Assembly: GCA_963730935.1 (NCBI GenBank) | Contig: CAVSTP010000003.1 | Coordinates: 32,001-96,000, forward strand | Direction of reading: 5' to 3' | From: an uncultured Nitrospiraceae bacterium | GTDB lineage: Bacteria; Nitrospirota; Nitrospiria; Nitrospirales; Nitrospiraceae | DNA length: 64,000 nt | Part shown: piece after piece, positions 31,286 to 41,161 of the stretch | Numbering within the stretch: position 1 is the first letter of the stretch | How the letters are laid out: each line of letters starts with the position of its first letter | Notes under the pieces: model-generated | Told to the model about the DNA's origin: nothing | Seen by the model: only the letters and a program-made list of their open reading frames with translations | The model's database searches: none | Program-made: the position numbers and the translations under genes

Positions 31286-31338
31286 AACACGTACATGAGG
31301 AAAGGGAAACCGAGGCCGTCTGGTATTCATCCGGAAGG

Positions 31339-31473
31339 ATGATCTTGGACAATAATCTCATTACATGGGTTGTTCTGTGGTTCGGCCAACATCCCTTCGG
31401 TGCGGCCACGATGGTGTATGCGGCAAGCGTGTTCGGAGTGTTGTTGTATGCGTATTTCGAGCCCCGGACCTGA
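31339..31473 (+). CDS. Small membrane protein
   Basis: 44 aa hydrophobic ORF. Confidence 0.4.
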   Translation: MILDNNLITWVVLWFGQHPFGAATMVYAASVFGVLLYAYFEPRT

Positions 31474-31770
31474 TCTAAGCAGAGCGCCGCTCCACCTGCT
31501 GCGCTCTACACCCTAGAATTATTGCCGACCGAGAGAGGCTCTGAGGCTCTATTGTGACCATTTGTGTGACCAGAATAGGTGGAAACGCCGTTGGCGGCGC
31601 GGCAGTCATTGTTGATGAACGGACGTGCAAGAAGAATTACTTCGTGGTTGTAGCACCCTCAACCACAAATCAATCAGAAAATAAATGCTTGTGTTAATCC
31701 ATAGCTTTGTGGGCGGTTGGTGTTCTGGTCGCATTGACTCACCGCTCTTCAGACTTATTAGGTACAGGCA

Positions 31771-31856
31771 TGGTGTTGAGCCCCGCTGACCGTTCCATTC
31801 TCTCCCGAGTCACTTACTCTTCGTAGCGCGTCTGATTCATCAGTCTCAGCCGCGTC
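31771..31856 (+). ncRNA. Conserved hairpin leader motif, copy 4 (diverged)
   Basis: ttgagccccgctgacc...gcgcgtctgattcatcagtctc; upstream tcgcattgactcacc shared with copy 7. Confidence 0.6.
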
Positions 31857-31952
31857 TCCGCGGTCTGCGGATCATGGACTGGAGCACCGCTTGAGCGGTC
31901 CGTCTTAAAGGCACCGGGGAAAGATCCATCCACCTTAACCAAGGAGCACGTG

Positions 31953-32216
31953 ATGAATCAGGAACAATTCGGGCAGTTTTGGGAACAACTCAGGACTCCG
32001 CTGAACGCGAAGTGGGAGAAGGTCACGAGGGAGGATCTCGACGAGATCCAGGGCGATCTGGCCAAGTTCGGCTCGGTGCTGCAGAGGCGATACGGCGAAT
32101 TGCACAAAGAGGAAGTGAGCATCTGGGCCAACCGCCGGTATTCCCATTGGACCGGAAATTATGCCGGTTACGAAGATGCAGAGCCATTTCTCACCCGGCA
32201 CAAGGAGGTCGTATGA
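31953..32216 (+). CDS. CsbD-like stress protein
   Basis: MN.EQ....W.QL......KW...T..DL..I.G......LQ.RYG. Confidence 0.8.
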   Translation: MNQEQFGQFWEQLRTPLNAKWEKVTREDLDEIQGDLAKFGSVLQRRYGELHKEEVSIWANRRYSHWTGNYAGYEDAEPFLTRHKEVV

Positions 32217-32407
32217 CACGAAAGTCCACTAAAACTGTTTCACAAGGAAAGGGCCATGCATTGCTACGTCGCCCCTCCGGCGGACTGACGTGCAGTGAAG
32301 GGCAGGTGGATGATGTGCTCTCGGCAGGAGAATCGACTGAAGAGGAGCGGCGGCATGTACCCACGCGAAAAAACCGCCCGAGCAAAGCCACTCCTTGTAC
32401 GGAATGA
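32213..32407 (+). CDS. Small hypothetical protein
   Basis: AAGGAGG RBS; ATGA overlap with the CsbD-like gene. Confidence 0.45.
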   Translation: MTRKSTKTVSQGKGHALLRRPSGGLTCSEGQVDDVLSAGESTEEERRHVPTRKNRPSKATPCTE

Positions 32408-32450
32408 CCAGTTGATAGTGGCACCCTATAGGCCTTGATGGAGGTGTGTG

Positions 32451-32861
32451 ATGCGTATATTTCTGCACTTGCTTGTGTCCGCAATAGTCATTGGGGTGCC
32501 AGCAGCAGCTCTCGCGCAATTTAGCGATAAGGGTGCCCATGTGGAGGTGAAAAAAGGAACTAGGTTGTGTTCGAGCATCGCTGTCGCTGGGATTCCGCGT
32601 ACTGCCGACCTGCGTCGGGTATTTTGGAGAGTGACAAGTCCTATGCGAGTCAATGGCACGCAGACCGTTTCCGCGCTCGTCTATGAAAGGGTCTACAACC
32701 GACAGAGCGGTGACATGAGCACCGTGGAGAATGCATATCCAGACGAACATTTTGCCACATTCTTCAACAGAGCGCCGGAGTACAAGGGGATGCTTCAAAT
32801 GATCAGTCCGCGAGATGGGAGCCTGCAAGCGATCGTGGAGACTTGCCAGGAGGGGCAATAG
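32451..32861 (+). CDS. Exported hypothetical protein (paralog of 34590-34997)
   Basis: Signal peptide; highly similar paralog about 2.1 kb downstream. Confidence 0.8.
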   Translation: MRIFLHLLVSAIVIGVPAAALAQFSDKGAHVEVKKGTRLCSSIAVAGIPRTADLRRVFWRVTSPMRVNGTQTVSALVYERVYNRQSGDMSTVENAYPDEHFATFFNRAPEYKGMLQMISPRDGSLQAIVETCQEGQ

Positions 32862-32978
32862 GTCCAATGCCGATGCGTTTTCCGTGCGGCTTTCAGATCT
32901 AGGCAGAGTAGGAGTACTTGAAGCTCTGTATTACCTGAGCTTGGCGAAATAGCATGGATTCCCGATGGTCCCCTCCTG

Positions 32979-33021
32979 TGATCACTTTTGACCAGCCAAG
33001 CCATCCGTACCAGTCTATATT
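32979..33021 (+). promoter_or_regulatory. TGATC-N6-GACCA box, 21 bp, then TATATT -10
   Basis: TGATCACTTTTGACCA at 32979-32994. Confidence 0.75.
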
Positions 33022-33120
33022 TTAAGAGAATGACGGCGGCATCACTGCCCTTATTTCTATTCTCTCTGGTCCGTCGCCAAGAGGAACTGAGGAAAGATCT
33101 ATCCACTAACCGAGGAGCAC

Positions 33121-33367
33121 GTGATGAATCAAGAACAATTCGGGCAGTTTTGGGAGCAACTCAGGACTCCACTGAAAGACACTTGGGCGAAGATAACGAT
33201 GGAGGATCTCGACGAGATTCAGGGCGATCTTGCCAAGTTTGGCTCGGTGCTACAGAGGCGATACGGCGAGTTGCACAAAGAGGAAGGTGACCATCTGGGC
33301 CGACCGCCGGTATTCCCATTGGACGGGAAATTATGCCGGTTACAAAGATCCTGAGCCTGTGTCCTAA
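33121..33367 (+). pseudogene. Second CsbD-like gene with +1 frameshift
   Basis: Paralog of 31953; extra G in gaggaaggtgacc shifts the IWADRRYSHWTGNYAGY tail out of frame. Confidence 0.8.
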
Positions 33368-33397
33368 CCCTGCGATGCGGACCTGTAGGGTGAATTT

Positions 33398-33480
33398 GGT
33401 ACTGAGCTACGCCGACTGTCCTATCCCTCGCGCCGTTCTCGACTTCTAAGCGCGATCCGATTCTCCAGTCTCCGCCGCTC
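33398..33480 (+). ncRNA. Conserved hairpin leader motif, copy 5
   Basis: gagctacgccgactgtcctatccctcgcgc-loop-gcgcgatccgattctccagtctccgccgctc, about 7 nt after TAGGGT. Confidence 0.72.
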
Positions 33481-33582
33481 CTCCTGTAATCTGTCTTGTC
33501 ACCTTGATCGCGTCCAGTGTTGTCTGTTTCATGGCGGAAGTACACTCGCGTCATCGAGTCGTCGCCGAGAGGAAGGAACCTG

Positions 33583-33879
33583 ATGAAAACTTACCTGGGG
33601 ATGAACCGGATCGTTTTGATTTCAATGGCCGCCTTCGCGTGGTCCGGGGTCGTATTGCCTCTTCGTGCGGAGGACAGACTCGTGGAGGGAGCCATGATTG
33701 TGGCCCCGAAGGAAGAGATTGCCCGAATCGCCAATGCCTCAGATGACACACTGACAGCCTGCTTAACGAGGATTCCCGTTCAGATGACCACTCAGCAGCG
33801 TATGACGGCGCAGCAGATCTGCCAAATAGAAGAGACCACGAGGCAGATAGTGCCACTCGTAGAAAAGGAAGGGAACTGA
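33583..33879 (+). CDS. Exported hypothetical protein with AC..RIP...Q.M.A.Q.C motif
   Basis: Signal peptide; motif shared with 47988-48356. Confidence 0.7.
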   Translation: MKTYLGMNRIVLISMAAFAWSGVVLPLRAEDRLVEGAMIVAPKEEIARIANASDDTLTACLTRIPVQMTTQQRMTAQQICQIEETTRQIVPLVEKEGN

Positions 33880-33881
33880 AC

Positions 33882-34013
33882 ATGTATCAAATCTACAGCC
33901 TACTGGGGTTGATGGTGATGACTTGGGGTATAGCGATCTGGGCCTCTATGCCCGAGGATCAAGATGGCCGCGCGGTGAGTAGCCCAACGGGTCTCCATAT
34001 GGGCACGAGCTAG
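33882..34013 (+). CDS. Small single-TM protein
   Basis: MYQIYSLLGLMVMTWGIAIWAS; same architecture as 38101-38256. Confidence 0.45.
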   Translation: MYQIYSLLGLMVMTWGIAIWASMPEDQDGRAVSSPTGLHMGTS

Positions 34014-34023
34014 TTTTTAAGAC

Positions 34024-34539
34024 ATGAAGGGGACGGAAGTGGCTACTTTAATGCGTGGTTTGAGGAGTGGGTGGACGACGACGAATCCGACCGCCGATGC
34101 AAGGACCATCGGTGTGATGGAGAGGTTGGACGGCTTGGGCTACATGACCACCGGATTCAGTTTTCTCCTCATCGGCATGGTGGTATTCGCTCACTCCTGG
34201 TATGTCTTCCTCCTCTCCGTGGGATCAACAACGGTTCCCGCCGTGCTCGCGCTGGTTCATGATTTGCTGTTGGTCATTATCCTCTTGGAGTTGTTCCGCA
34301 CCATCATTAATTTTCTAAAAACCAAAGTCATCACGCTAGAACCATTTTTGTATATTTGCGTCATCGCATCGACCAGGCGAATCCTCACGACTGGCGCCCA
34401 GATTGCCTCGATGGAGGATCTCACCGATCAAGTGTTTCACCGGTATCTACTTGATCTGGGGTCGAATGTGCTTGTGGTTCTGGCCTTGGTTGTCGCGGTG
34501 TATCTCATGCGGCGGGCAGTTCCGGTGGCCGCTAGTTAA
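34024..34539 (+). CDS. Phosphate-starvation-inducible PsiE family protein
   Basis: LLLVIILLELFRTI, EPFL.I..IA..RRIL. Confidence 0.85.
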   Translation: MKGTEVATLMRGLRSGWTTTNPTADARTIGVMERLDGLGYMTTGFSFLLIGMVVFAHSWYVFLLSVGSTTVPAVLALVHDLLLVIILLELFRTIINFLKTKVITLEPFLYICVIASTRRILTTGAQIASMEDLTDQVFHRYLLDLGSNVLVVLALVVAVYLMRRAVPVAAS

Positions 34540-34589
34540 GGAGCAGAATCGGTAAGTGTTTGTCCTACGCCCAGAAATGGAGGTGTGTG

Positions 34590-34997
34590 ATGCTCAAATT
34601 CCTACACCTGCTTGTGTCAGCAATGGTCATTGGAGTGCCGGCAGCAGGCCTCGCTCAATTTAGCGATAAAGGTGACCATGTTGAGGTGAAAAAGGGCACC
34701 AGGTTGTGTTCGAGCCTCGCGGTCGACGGAGTGAGGGGCACCTTGAATCAGCAGCCGATATTTTGGAAAGTCACGAGCCCCATACGTGCCAATGGCACGC
34801 AGACAGTTTCCGCGCTCGTCCATGAAACGGTCTATAACCGTAACAGCGGCGACACGACCACTGTGGAGAACCCGTATGACGAAGATTTTGCCACATTCTT
34901 CAAGCGAGCGCCGGAACATAAGGGGATGCTCCAAATGATTAGCCCGCAAGATGGAAACCTGCAAGCGATCGTCGAGATTTGCCGGAAGGAAAAATAG
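34590..34997 (+). CDS. Exported hypothetical protein (paralog of 32451-32861)
   Basis: AQFSDKG.HVEVKKGTRLCSS shared. Confidence 0.8.
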   Translation: MLKFLHLLVSAMVIGVPAAGLAQFSDKGDHVEVKKGTRLCSSLAVDGVRGTLNQQPIFWKVTSPIRANGTQTVSALVHETVYNRNSGDTTTVENPYDEDFATFFKRAPEHKGMLQMISPQDGNLQAIVEICRKEK

Positions 34998-35000
34998 TTC

Positions 35001-35222
35001 ATGCCGATGCGTTGTCCGCGCTGCAAAGGGTTCATGGTTGCCACCCAGTTGAATGAACTATGGACCTCCGGCCAGGAAGACGGGTGGCGCTGCCTTCTGT
35101 GCGGTGAGAATATTGATCCTGTCATTGAAGGCAATCGGACGGGGCACGCCCCTCCGGTTCAGAGCCGTGCCCGTGTCCCCGGAGCTCCCACCGTCAAGTC
35201 CACAAAAGGAAGATCCAGGTGA
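35001..35222 (+). CDS. Small CxxC...CxxC zinc-ribbon protein
   Basis: CPRCKGFMV...GWRCLLCGENIDPVI..NR. Confidence 0.75.
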   Translation: MPMRCPRCKGFMVATQLNELWTSGQEDGWRCLLCGENIDPVIEGNRTGHAPPVQSRARVPGAPTVKSTKGRSR

Positions 35223-35266
35223 AGAGGGCACGCGTTGATCATCCGCTGTTGAGGGATTGGTGAGGC

Positions 35267-36163
35267 ATGAACATCGTCGAGGCGCGAGCGACAGACATGG
35301 AGAGAGGCCTGAGGCAAAGACGTGCGGGGATGGTCCCAAGCCTGTTCGTAGCACTTGGATTCTTAGTGGGGTCGCCGGACGAGGCACTGTCCGCCGCCAT
35401 CACGATAGCCGGAAACGGTCCGGAACTTCGCATGGTCGAGCGGCTGACGCGGGCCTTTGAGAAGCAGCATTTGGGCGCTGTCGCTGAGATCCGCTGGGAT
35501 CCGTCGTTTCAGCCGACTCATATGGTGAAATCGGGCGAGGCAGATTTTGCTGTAACAGGACAGACCGACCCAGACCTCATCGCCACTCCCATTGCTTGGG
35601 ATGGCATTGCTGTAGTGGTGGATTTTGCCAATCCGCTTAGAGAGATCACATCCCTGCAGCTTGCGGCCATGTTCTCAGGTGTTGTGACTCGATGGTCGGA
35701 TCTGGGGGGCATCGATACTCGAATCGAGCTCATTGATCGTCCTTCTAATCAGCATATACGCGGAACGTTCGAGACGATCTTGGAGATTGTCGGGAAAATC
35801 CCTCCTTCCGCTCATGTGAGTCGGTCTGATCAGCGAGCGATCAGCAGCGTGGCTGGCAAGGGTTCGGCGGTGACCTATGTATCTCTTGGTGTGGCCCTCG
35901 ATGCGGTCGCGTATGGCGTCGGTGTGGCACTCTTGAATGTCGACCAAGTTGAGCCGGCCAAGCAGACTGTGAGCGATGGCCGATATCGCTTGCGCCGGCC
36001 GATTCTACTGCTCCGCAGGAGCGAAGCCAACTCTACCGCGGCATCCTTCGTGGACTTTGCGCTTTCGAAAGCAGCAAAGGATATTATCGAAGAAATGTTT
36101 GTCTCCTACACCGGCCCGGACAATGAGCCTCATGCGGTGCATTCATCCATGAGCGTGAAGTGA
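35267..36163 (+). CDS. PstS-like periplasmic binding protein
   Basis: IAWDGIAVVV...NP, F.G.V..W..LGG, Y.L.RP; no pstCAB nearby. Confidence 0.8.
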   Translation: MNIVEARATDMERGLRQRRAGMVPSLFVALGFLVGSPDEALSAAITIAGNGPELRMVERLTRAFEKQHLGAVAEIRWDPSFQPTHMVKSGEADFAVTGQTDPDLIATPIAWDGIAVVVDFANPLREITSLQLAAMFSGVVTRWSDLGGIDTRIELIDRPSNQHIRGTFETILEIVGKIPPSAHVSRSDQRAISSVAGKGSAVTYVSLGVALDAVAYGVGVALLNVDQVEPAKQTVSDGRYRLRRPILLLRRSEANSTAASFVDFALSKAAKDIIEEMFVSYTGPDNEPHAVHSSMSVK

Positions 36164-36449
36164 GAATTCCGGAGATCGAGAGGGCTGCCATGCGCATTTG
36201 GACTGACGGACGTTCAGAAGTATTTCTGGGTTTCTACCTCATAGCCTGGGTGGTCGGGCTCGTCTTGACGCACATGCTTTCGAGATAACCGCGAAACGAC
36301 GCGTCGCATCATCCAGTCGACCGCATTGGTGCTCATGACGAAAATGCAGAGGGTCTCTGAGGCGTTGGAGTTCGCTTTTCAGGCCTGTGACCACGGGCAG
36401 AGTGTTCAATACAGACCAGTATTCCGGTATAGCGAGCGGTATGTTGTTC

Positions 36450-36524
36450 TGACGCTTCGGCTACGCTGACTGCCTGCGCTTCCCGTTTCTCTCTTAGCGC
36501 GATCGATTTTCAGTCCCCACGCGC
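36450..36524 (+). ncRNA. Conserved hairpin leader motif, copy 6 (internal deletion)
   Basis: gctacgctgactgcctgcgct-loop-agcgcgatcgattttcagtc. Confidence 0.6.
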
Positions 36525-36651
36525 AACGCCAGACCGTCTGCCAGATTGGATAGTCCCCCGCAGATAAGCCGCTTGCGTGGTTGAGAATGAGTCATTGTTT
36601 GTTGAGAAGATGGTGTGTGCAACAGGTGTGTGCAACAAAGGGGGTTCTATT

Positions 36652-36990
36652 ATGAGACTTTTCACGATGACGATAGCAGCTCTCGCGTTTCTCGGAATGA
36701 CGGGGCTGGCCTTGGCAAACCCGTCGATGCTGCCAAAGCATCCAGGGTATCCGTCTGGTGGCGAGTTTGCGAACGATAAGGGCCAGAAGAATCTGACCTA
36801 TAGCCAATCCATATTGGAGGCCGCGACGTCCGGCGACACGAATATGATTCCGACGTTGATGGATCAGAACAATGTGGATCAGAACAATGCCAGGCTCATG
36901 GAACATGGCGGAGCCGGTCAATCGCCTGTGGTCGGATCGAACCTGAAGACTGAGCCTTCGGTGAAAGAAGGCGAGCGGATAAAGCAGTAA
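36652..36990 (+). CDS. Exported hypothetical protein
   Basis: Signal ALA-NP, LPKHPGYP motif. Confidence 0.75.
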   Translation: MRLFTMTIAALAFLGMTGLALANPSMLPKHPGYPSGGEFANDKGQKNLTYSQSILEAATSGDTNMIPTLMDQNNVDQNNARLMEHGGAGQSPVVGSNLKTEPSVKEGERIKQ

Positions 36991-37097
36991 AGATCTGAAG
37001 GCCACAACGAGGCGTACTGAAACTGTCGGAGACGGGGGGTTGGCATGGGAAAGGAACGAACTCCCAGCCAAGCCCCGCGAGGTTGTGTGAGGCATCT

Positions 37098-38042
37098 ATG
37101 CAACAGAGATTCGAGTTTATGGACTTGATCGTGGCGGTAGGATTGTGTGCCACGATTGTGGCCAGTGGCGTATTGTTCATGGCTGCAAATGGGATGCAAA
37201 TCAGGACCGTAGGATGGGGGTCGATAGCACAGCCCACCGGCAATCTTATTGGGATGGATTTGCTCCAACCGGTGCTCGGCCAAGCCATTGTGGATCATGC
37301 CCTCCTTGAACGTAGCCATGCGAAGCATGCGGCTGCAGCCATCACTCAACTTGATGGTCTGGCCCTCGAAGGGAATCAGTGGCAACACTCCCCTTATGGC
37401 TATCTCGATTCAATCACCATCGGTGCTTCGTGGGCGGAAGCCGAGCATACTGCCAGAGTCCAATCGGTCATGGGTCGCTCGATCGTCAATTTCACCCGAC
37501 GTGGAGTTCGCAGTGGACTGTGGTCCTCAGTGGAACGCGCTGCTCACGACAACCCCCACATGATCGGTGTGACGGAGGCCATGGGACAAAAGATGGATAA
37601 CGCGTTCCTCGCGAATTGGCAGCCTAACATTGGTCGAGGGATTGTTGCCGCGACCCAAGACAGCGAGAAGCGATCGAGGTTGAGGCAAGAGCGGTTGGGA
37701 ATGGCAATCTTAGAAATGGCCACAGTCCAAGAAGCGTACGAACCGGTTCGAGCGGCAATTCAAGAACAGCTTGGAAGCGCAACGGTGGTCGCGACCATGA
37801 CTGGGTCGCAACAGGGAGGCGTAACTTCTGACCGTGTGACGGCGGATCGAGTTGCGGCCGTGAGTGCACAAGACGCTTTCCCGAGGATTTCGACGACGAC
37901 TGCCTTCATAGTGGCGTCGCTCATTCTCATCAGCCTGTTTACGACTGGTCTCTTCGTGTTTTCCCCGAGACGGGCGGGGATTCCCCAGACTGATACGGTT
38001 CACAGGGGGCCTGCCGCGCTGGTGCCTTCCAAGTTGTTGTAG
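37098..38042 (+). CDS. Two-TM hypothetical protein
   Basis: N- and C-terminal hydrophobic helices, 314 aa. Confidence 0.75.
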   Translation: MQQRFEFMDLIVAVGLCATIVASGVLFMAANGMQIRTVGWGSIAQPTGNLIGMDLLQPVLGQAIVDHALLERSHAKHAAAAITQLDGLALEGNQWQHSPYGYLDSITIGASWAEAEHTARVQSVMGRSIVNFTRRGVRSGLWSSVERAAHDNPHMIGVTEAMGQKMDNAFLANWQPNIGRGIVAATQDSEKRSRLRQERLGMAILEMATVQEAYEPVRAAIQEQLGSATVVATMTGSQQGGVTSDRVTADRVAAVSAQDAFPRISTTTAFIVASLILISLFTTGLFVFSPRRAGIPQTDTVHRGPAALVPSKLL

Positions 38043-38100
38043 GAAGGCCACCACAAATTTAAGGAGATTCGATGAGTGTTGGCGGCACGAGAGGTGTTCT

Positions 38101-38256
38101 ATGATCGAGATGATTGGACTCACTACGATTTGCATGCTCGTGTGGGTGTTAGCCTCGTCGATGGCGGCTGAAAGTGATGCCGAAAAACGGCGTGTAGCCA
38201 TGCCGTCAGCGGCCGATCTTTTGAATGTTGCGAAGAGCGTACGACTCGCGGCCTAG
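38101..38256 (+). CDS. Small single-TM protein
   Basis: GAGGT RBS; MIEMIGLTTICMLVWVLA. Confidence 0.5.
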   Translation: MIEMIGLTTICMLVWVLASSMAAESDAEKRRVAMPSAADLLNVAKSVRLAA

Positions 38257-38320
38257 TCAACGCATGAATGAAGCGGACCGCGCGGGCAGGGTCCTCACGG
38301 CATGTAACAAGGAGAATTCC

Positions 38321-38503
38321 ATGACACCTGAGGAGCACATTGCGAAAATGACGATAGCCATCCGACAAGCGATCAAGGTAATGGGCGATCGGTTCGGATC
38401 GACAGAACAGGACGTCACGAAGGCCATTCACGAACTGAAGATGTCGATGCAGGGTGCAACGGAACCGAGGGCACCCCTTGGGGGCTCTATGACGACCACA
38501 TGA
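38321..38503 (+). CDS. Small hypothetical protein
   Basis: AAGGAG RBS. Confidence 0.45.
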   Translation: MTPEEHIAKMTIAIRQAIKVMGDRFGSTEQDVTKAIHELKMSMQGATEPRAPLGGSMTTT

Positions 38504-38565
38504 CGACCACGCAGCCTGTTACCATGGAATCTAGACATGACATCACGCCTGTGATGAAAAGGAGA

Positions 38566-38937
38566 ATGATGAATAGCTCATCCACCGTTCACAGTCACAT
38601 AGACATCACGGACACGATGGCCAGATTATACCTCTTTCTGGCGCAAAGCTTGGACCGCTGTGTGAGCGAGGCGGCACGCATCAGCTATCCGGAGCCACAA
38701 TTCCAAGCCAGTCTCGCCTCGACCCGAGCCACGGTGCTGGACATGCTGTCGGTGAATCCGGTGGTGAAGGGGAAGGTCGAGCAGGAGTGCGATCGGGTAG
38801 GATCGCTTGTCACGGCATGCCTGACTGATGGCGTTGCGAAGGCGAGTGCTCTCGATGAATTGAAAGCGGAGCGAGCGGTATTGAAACACAAGACCCTGGC
38901 GTTGAGTGATCTGCTCGCTGTTTTCCGAGCAGTGTGA
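38566..38937 (+). CDS. Hypothetical helical protein
   Basis: AAGGAG RBS, ORF in operon direction. Confidence 0.65.
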   Translation: MMNSSSTVHSHIDITDTMARLYLFLAQSLDRCVSEAARISYPEPQFQASLASTRATVLDMLSVNPVVKGKVEQECDRVGSLVTACLTDGVAKASALDELKAERAVLKHKTLALSDLLAVFRAV

Positions 38938-39015
38938 CAGAAAGCTCGAGGCGACACGCGCTGCCTGCTTGGGTCGATATCGAAACAGCGGGCATAGACA
39001 CCAATGGAGGACATC

Positions 39016-39228
39016 ATGACGCAGACACCCCAAACGTATGTGCTGACGCTGAATTCACCATCCCGCAAGGCATTGCGGCTGTGGACAGGTAAGAGCATTC
39101 ATACCTTGCGCCATTGCTCGGTCAAACAACTCAATCATGCGCTGATGGAACTGCAACAGCTCATGGATGGTGTGCAAGCACCCGTGCCGGCGCCCGGCGC
39201 GTCGTATTCCCTGAACCGCTCTCGATAA
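39016..39228 (+). CDS. Small hypothetical protein
   Basis: GGAGG RBS. Confidence 0.5.
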   Translation: MTQTPQTYVLTLNSPSRKALRLWTGKSIHTLRHCSVKQLNHALMELQQLMDGVQAPVPAPGASYSLNRSR

Positions 39229-39357
39229 CTGACACAGGGCAGTCAAACGAGGTCAGGAAGAGTTTAGGGCCTATTTGCAATTGCCGTGCGCGGGGTGCAA
39301 AATAGAGGTTCACTGCATCTCGCATTGAGCGGAACACTCCCCAGTTGAGGTTGACGC

Positions 39358-40011
39358 ATGGCGCGTGCGCGTACAGCACCCTTTGATCCCCAGCTAGTTC
39401 TCAGCAAGGTGGGCAAGGGGAAAACCACTCTGCTATCCCCTAAAAAGCACATGATCTTCTCGCAAGGGGATGCCGCGGAGGCGGTGTTCTTTATCCAGAC
39501 GGGCAAGGTGAAGCTGACGGTGGTCTCGCAACAAGGCAGGGAAGCCGTTATTGCGATTCTGGAGCCGGGTGCATTTTTTGGACAATCCTGCCTTGCCGGA
39601 CAGGCCATTCGGACGGCGACCGCGACGGCCGTAGAAGACTCCAATATCGTGCGCATCAACAAGGACGCCATGATTCGCGTGCTGCACGAGGAGCCTACCT
39701 TCGCCGAGCTGTTTATGGCCTATCTGCTGGCGCACACCATTCGAGTCGAAGAGGATTTGGTGGATCAGCTCTTTAACTCCAGCGAGAAGCGACTCGCGCG
39801 AGTGCTGCTATTGTTGGCGCATTTTGGCAAAGAAGGGAAGCCGGAGACAGTCATTACGAAGATCAGTCAGGAAACGCTCGCCGAGATGATCGGTACCACA
39901 CGCTCGCGAGTGAGTTTTTTTATGAACAAGTTCCGGAAAATGGGTTTCATTGACTACAACGGTGAGTTGCACGTGCATAGCTCTCTCCTGAATATCGTCC
40001 TGCACGACTAG
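39358..40011 (+). CDS. Crp/Fnr family transcriptional regulator
   Basis: IF.QGD, G.VKL, FFG..CL, EKRLAR.LL; HTH SQETLAEMIGTTRSRVS; no Fnr Cys cluster. Confidence 0.95.
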   Translation: MARARTAPFDPQLVLSKVGKGKTTLLSPKKHMIFSQGDAAEAVFFIQTGKVKLTVVSQQGREAVIAILEPGAFFGQSCLAGQAIRTATATAVEDSNIVRINKDAMIRVLHEEPTFAELFMAYLLAHTIRVEEDLVDQLFNSSEKRLARVLLLLAHFGKEGKPETVITKISQETLAEMIGTTRSRVSFFMNKFRKMGFIDYNGELHVHSSLLNIVLHD

Positions 40012-40047
40012 GACTCCGCACCTCGATTCCTCCCTTCCGCGCACTGT

Positions 40048-40254
40048 TCAGATCGACACTCCCTTCACTGGACAATCACAGATCAGGATGTCCCTGTCGC
40101 CCAGCGGGTTATCTGCGATTTCGAATGCCAGATGCCATCGGTGCCCTCGCGGGCATTGCTGGTGCACGACCGCTCGCTGTTGCGCGTCTGTCCCTCGGGA
40201 GGAACGTTGTGCAACAACATCATCCGCGTGGCAGATATCGCAAGTGGACATCAT
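40048..40254 (-). CDS. Small Cys/His-rich hypothetical protein
   Basis: CDIC...CPRGH.WH...CDC. Confidence 0.5.
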   Translation of the reverse strand: MMSTCDICHADDVVAQRSSRGTDAQQRAVVHQQCPRGHRWHLAFEIADNPLGDRDILICDCPVKGVSI

Positions 40255-40337
40255 CAACCGCCCTTCGTTCAGGGGGTGAGAAGTGGACCGCCTTTCTAAG
40301 GTTGCCCGATGCCATGCACCCTCAAAGCCACAACCCA

Positions 40338-40601
40338 CTATTTGAGCCACGGATCATGGCCCCTCGGGAACTGCAGGAAATCTAAGGCTCGCGCAAATGG
40401 GGACTCAGGGTCTGCCTCGGTCGCCGCAGACAACTCCTGAAAGCGCGCGTGGGCCTCGCGGCACATCTGCTCCCATGTTTTTCCCGTGGTGGCCATGACG
40501 TGGTGGTACTCGGCCTGCACGTTAGGCGGTAACGCTCGCCAGAACTTCTCGAGAATCTGTTCGAACGAGAGCCCAGAATCAGGATCTACCCACATCAACA
40601 C
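40338..40601 (-). CDS. Hypothetical protein
   Basis: GGGAGG upstream; 87 aa. Confidence 0.5.
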   Translation of the reverse strand: MLMWVDPDSGLSFEQILEKFWRALPPNVQAEYHHVMATTGKTWEQMCREAHARFQELSAATEADPESPFARALDFLQFPRGHDPWLK

Positions 40602-41040
40602 CTCCCGCGGGGACTACACAGCTTCTAACCGAGGCTTATGTCAAAACATGATAAGAGAAAATCCTTGCTGGGGGTGCGCCCCGGCTAGAATCCAACCCGC
40701 GACATTTAGCTTAGAAGACAGTTACCTGCCACCAAGCACATACCAGATAAGCAACATGTACGCACTCATGACCAATGTCATAAGGGCGAACAGGATACCC
40801 GCGAGTCCTAGAAGGTCCCAATCTATCTTCGAGACAACCATGTGTGATTATGGCGAGAAGTCCTGCAGCGGTCTGTGCTGAAGTGATCAGGTAGCAATCA
40901 CTAGATGAGGGTTGCCGTTGTCCAATAGTGGAAGACTCATGAAAATAAATATACCCGTGCTAATTCGTAGTCTTATGGGGTTGTCCGCGTGCTCGTCGCA
41001 TTGACTCACCACGCTTCAGGGTTATTGGGGTGTACAGTCA

Positions 41041-41126
41041 AGTGTTGAATCACGCGGTCTGCCTCATTCCCTCTCGCGCCCTCACTATTCCTTGCGCGTC
41101 TGATTCACGCCCGCTTCTACGGCGGT
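41041..41126 (+). ncRNA. Conserved hairpin leader motif, copy 7 (diverged)
   Basis: ctctcgcgc-loop-gcgcgtctgattc; upstream region similar to copy 4. Confidence 0.6.
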
Positions 41127-41161
41127 TTTGCGTGAGCTGTGTCGAGCCTGGGAGTCAACTC

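Noticed and set aside
31553..31572. tgtgaccatttgtgtgacca as another Crp-type box
   Set aside because: Direct repeat with the wrong spacing; more like an integrase arm-site relic, with no further support
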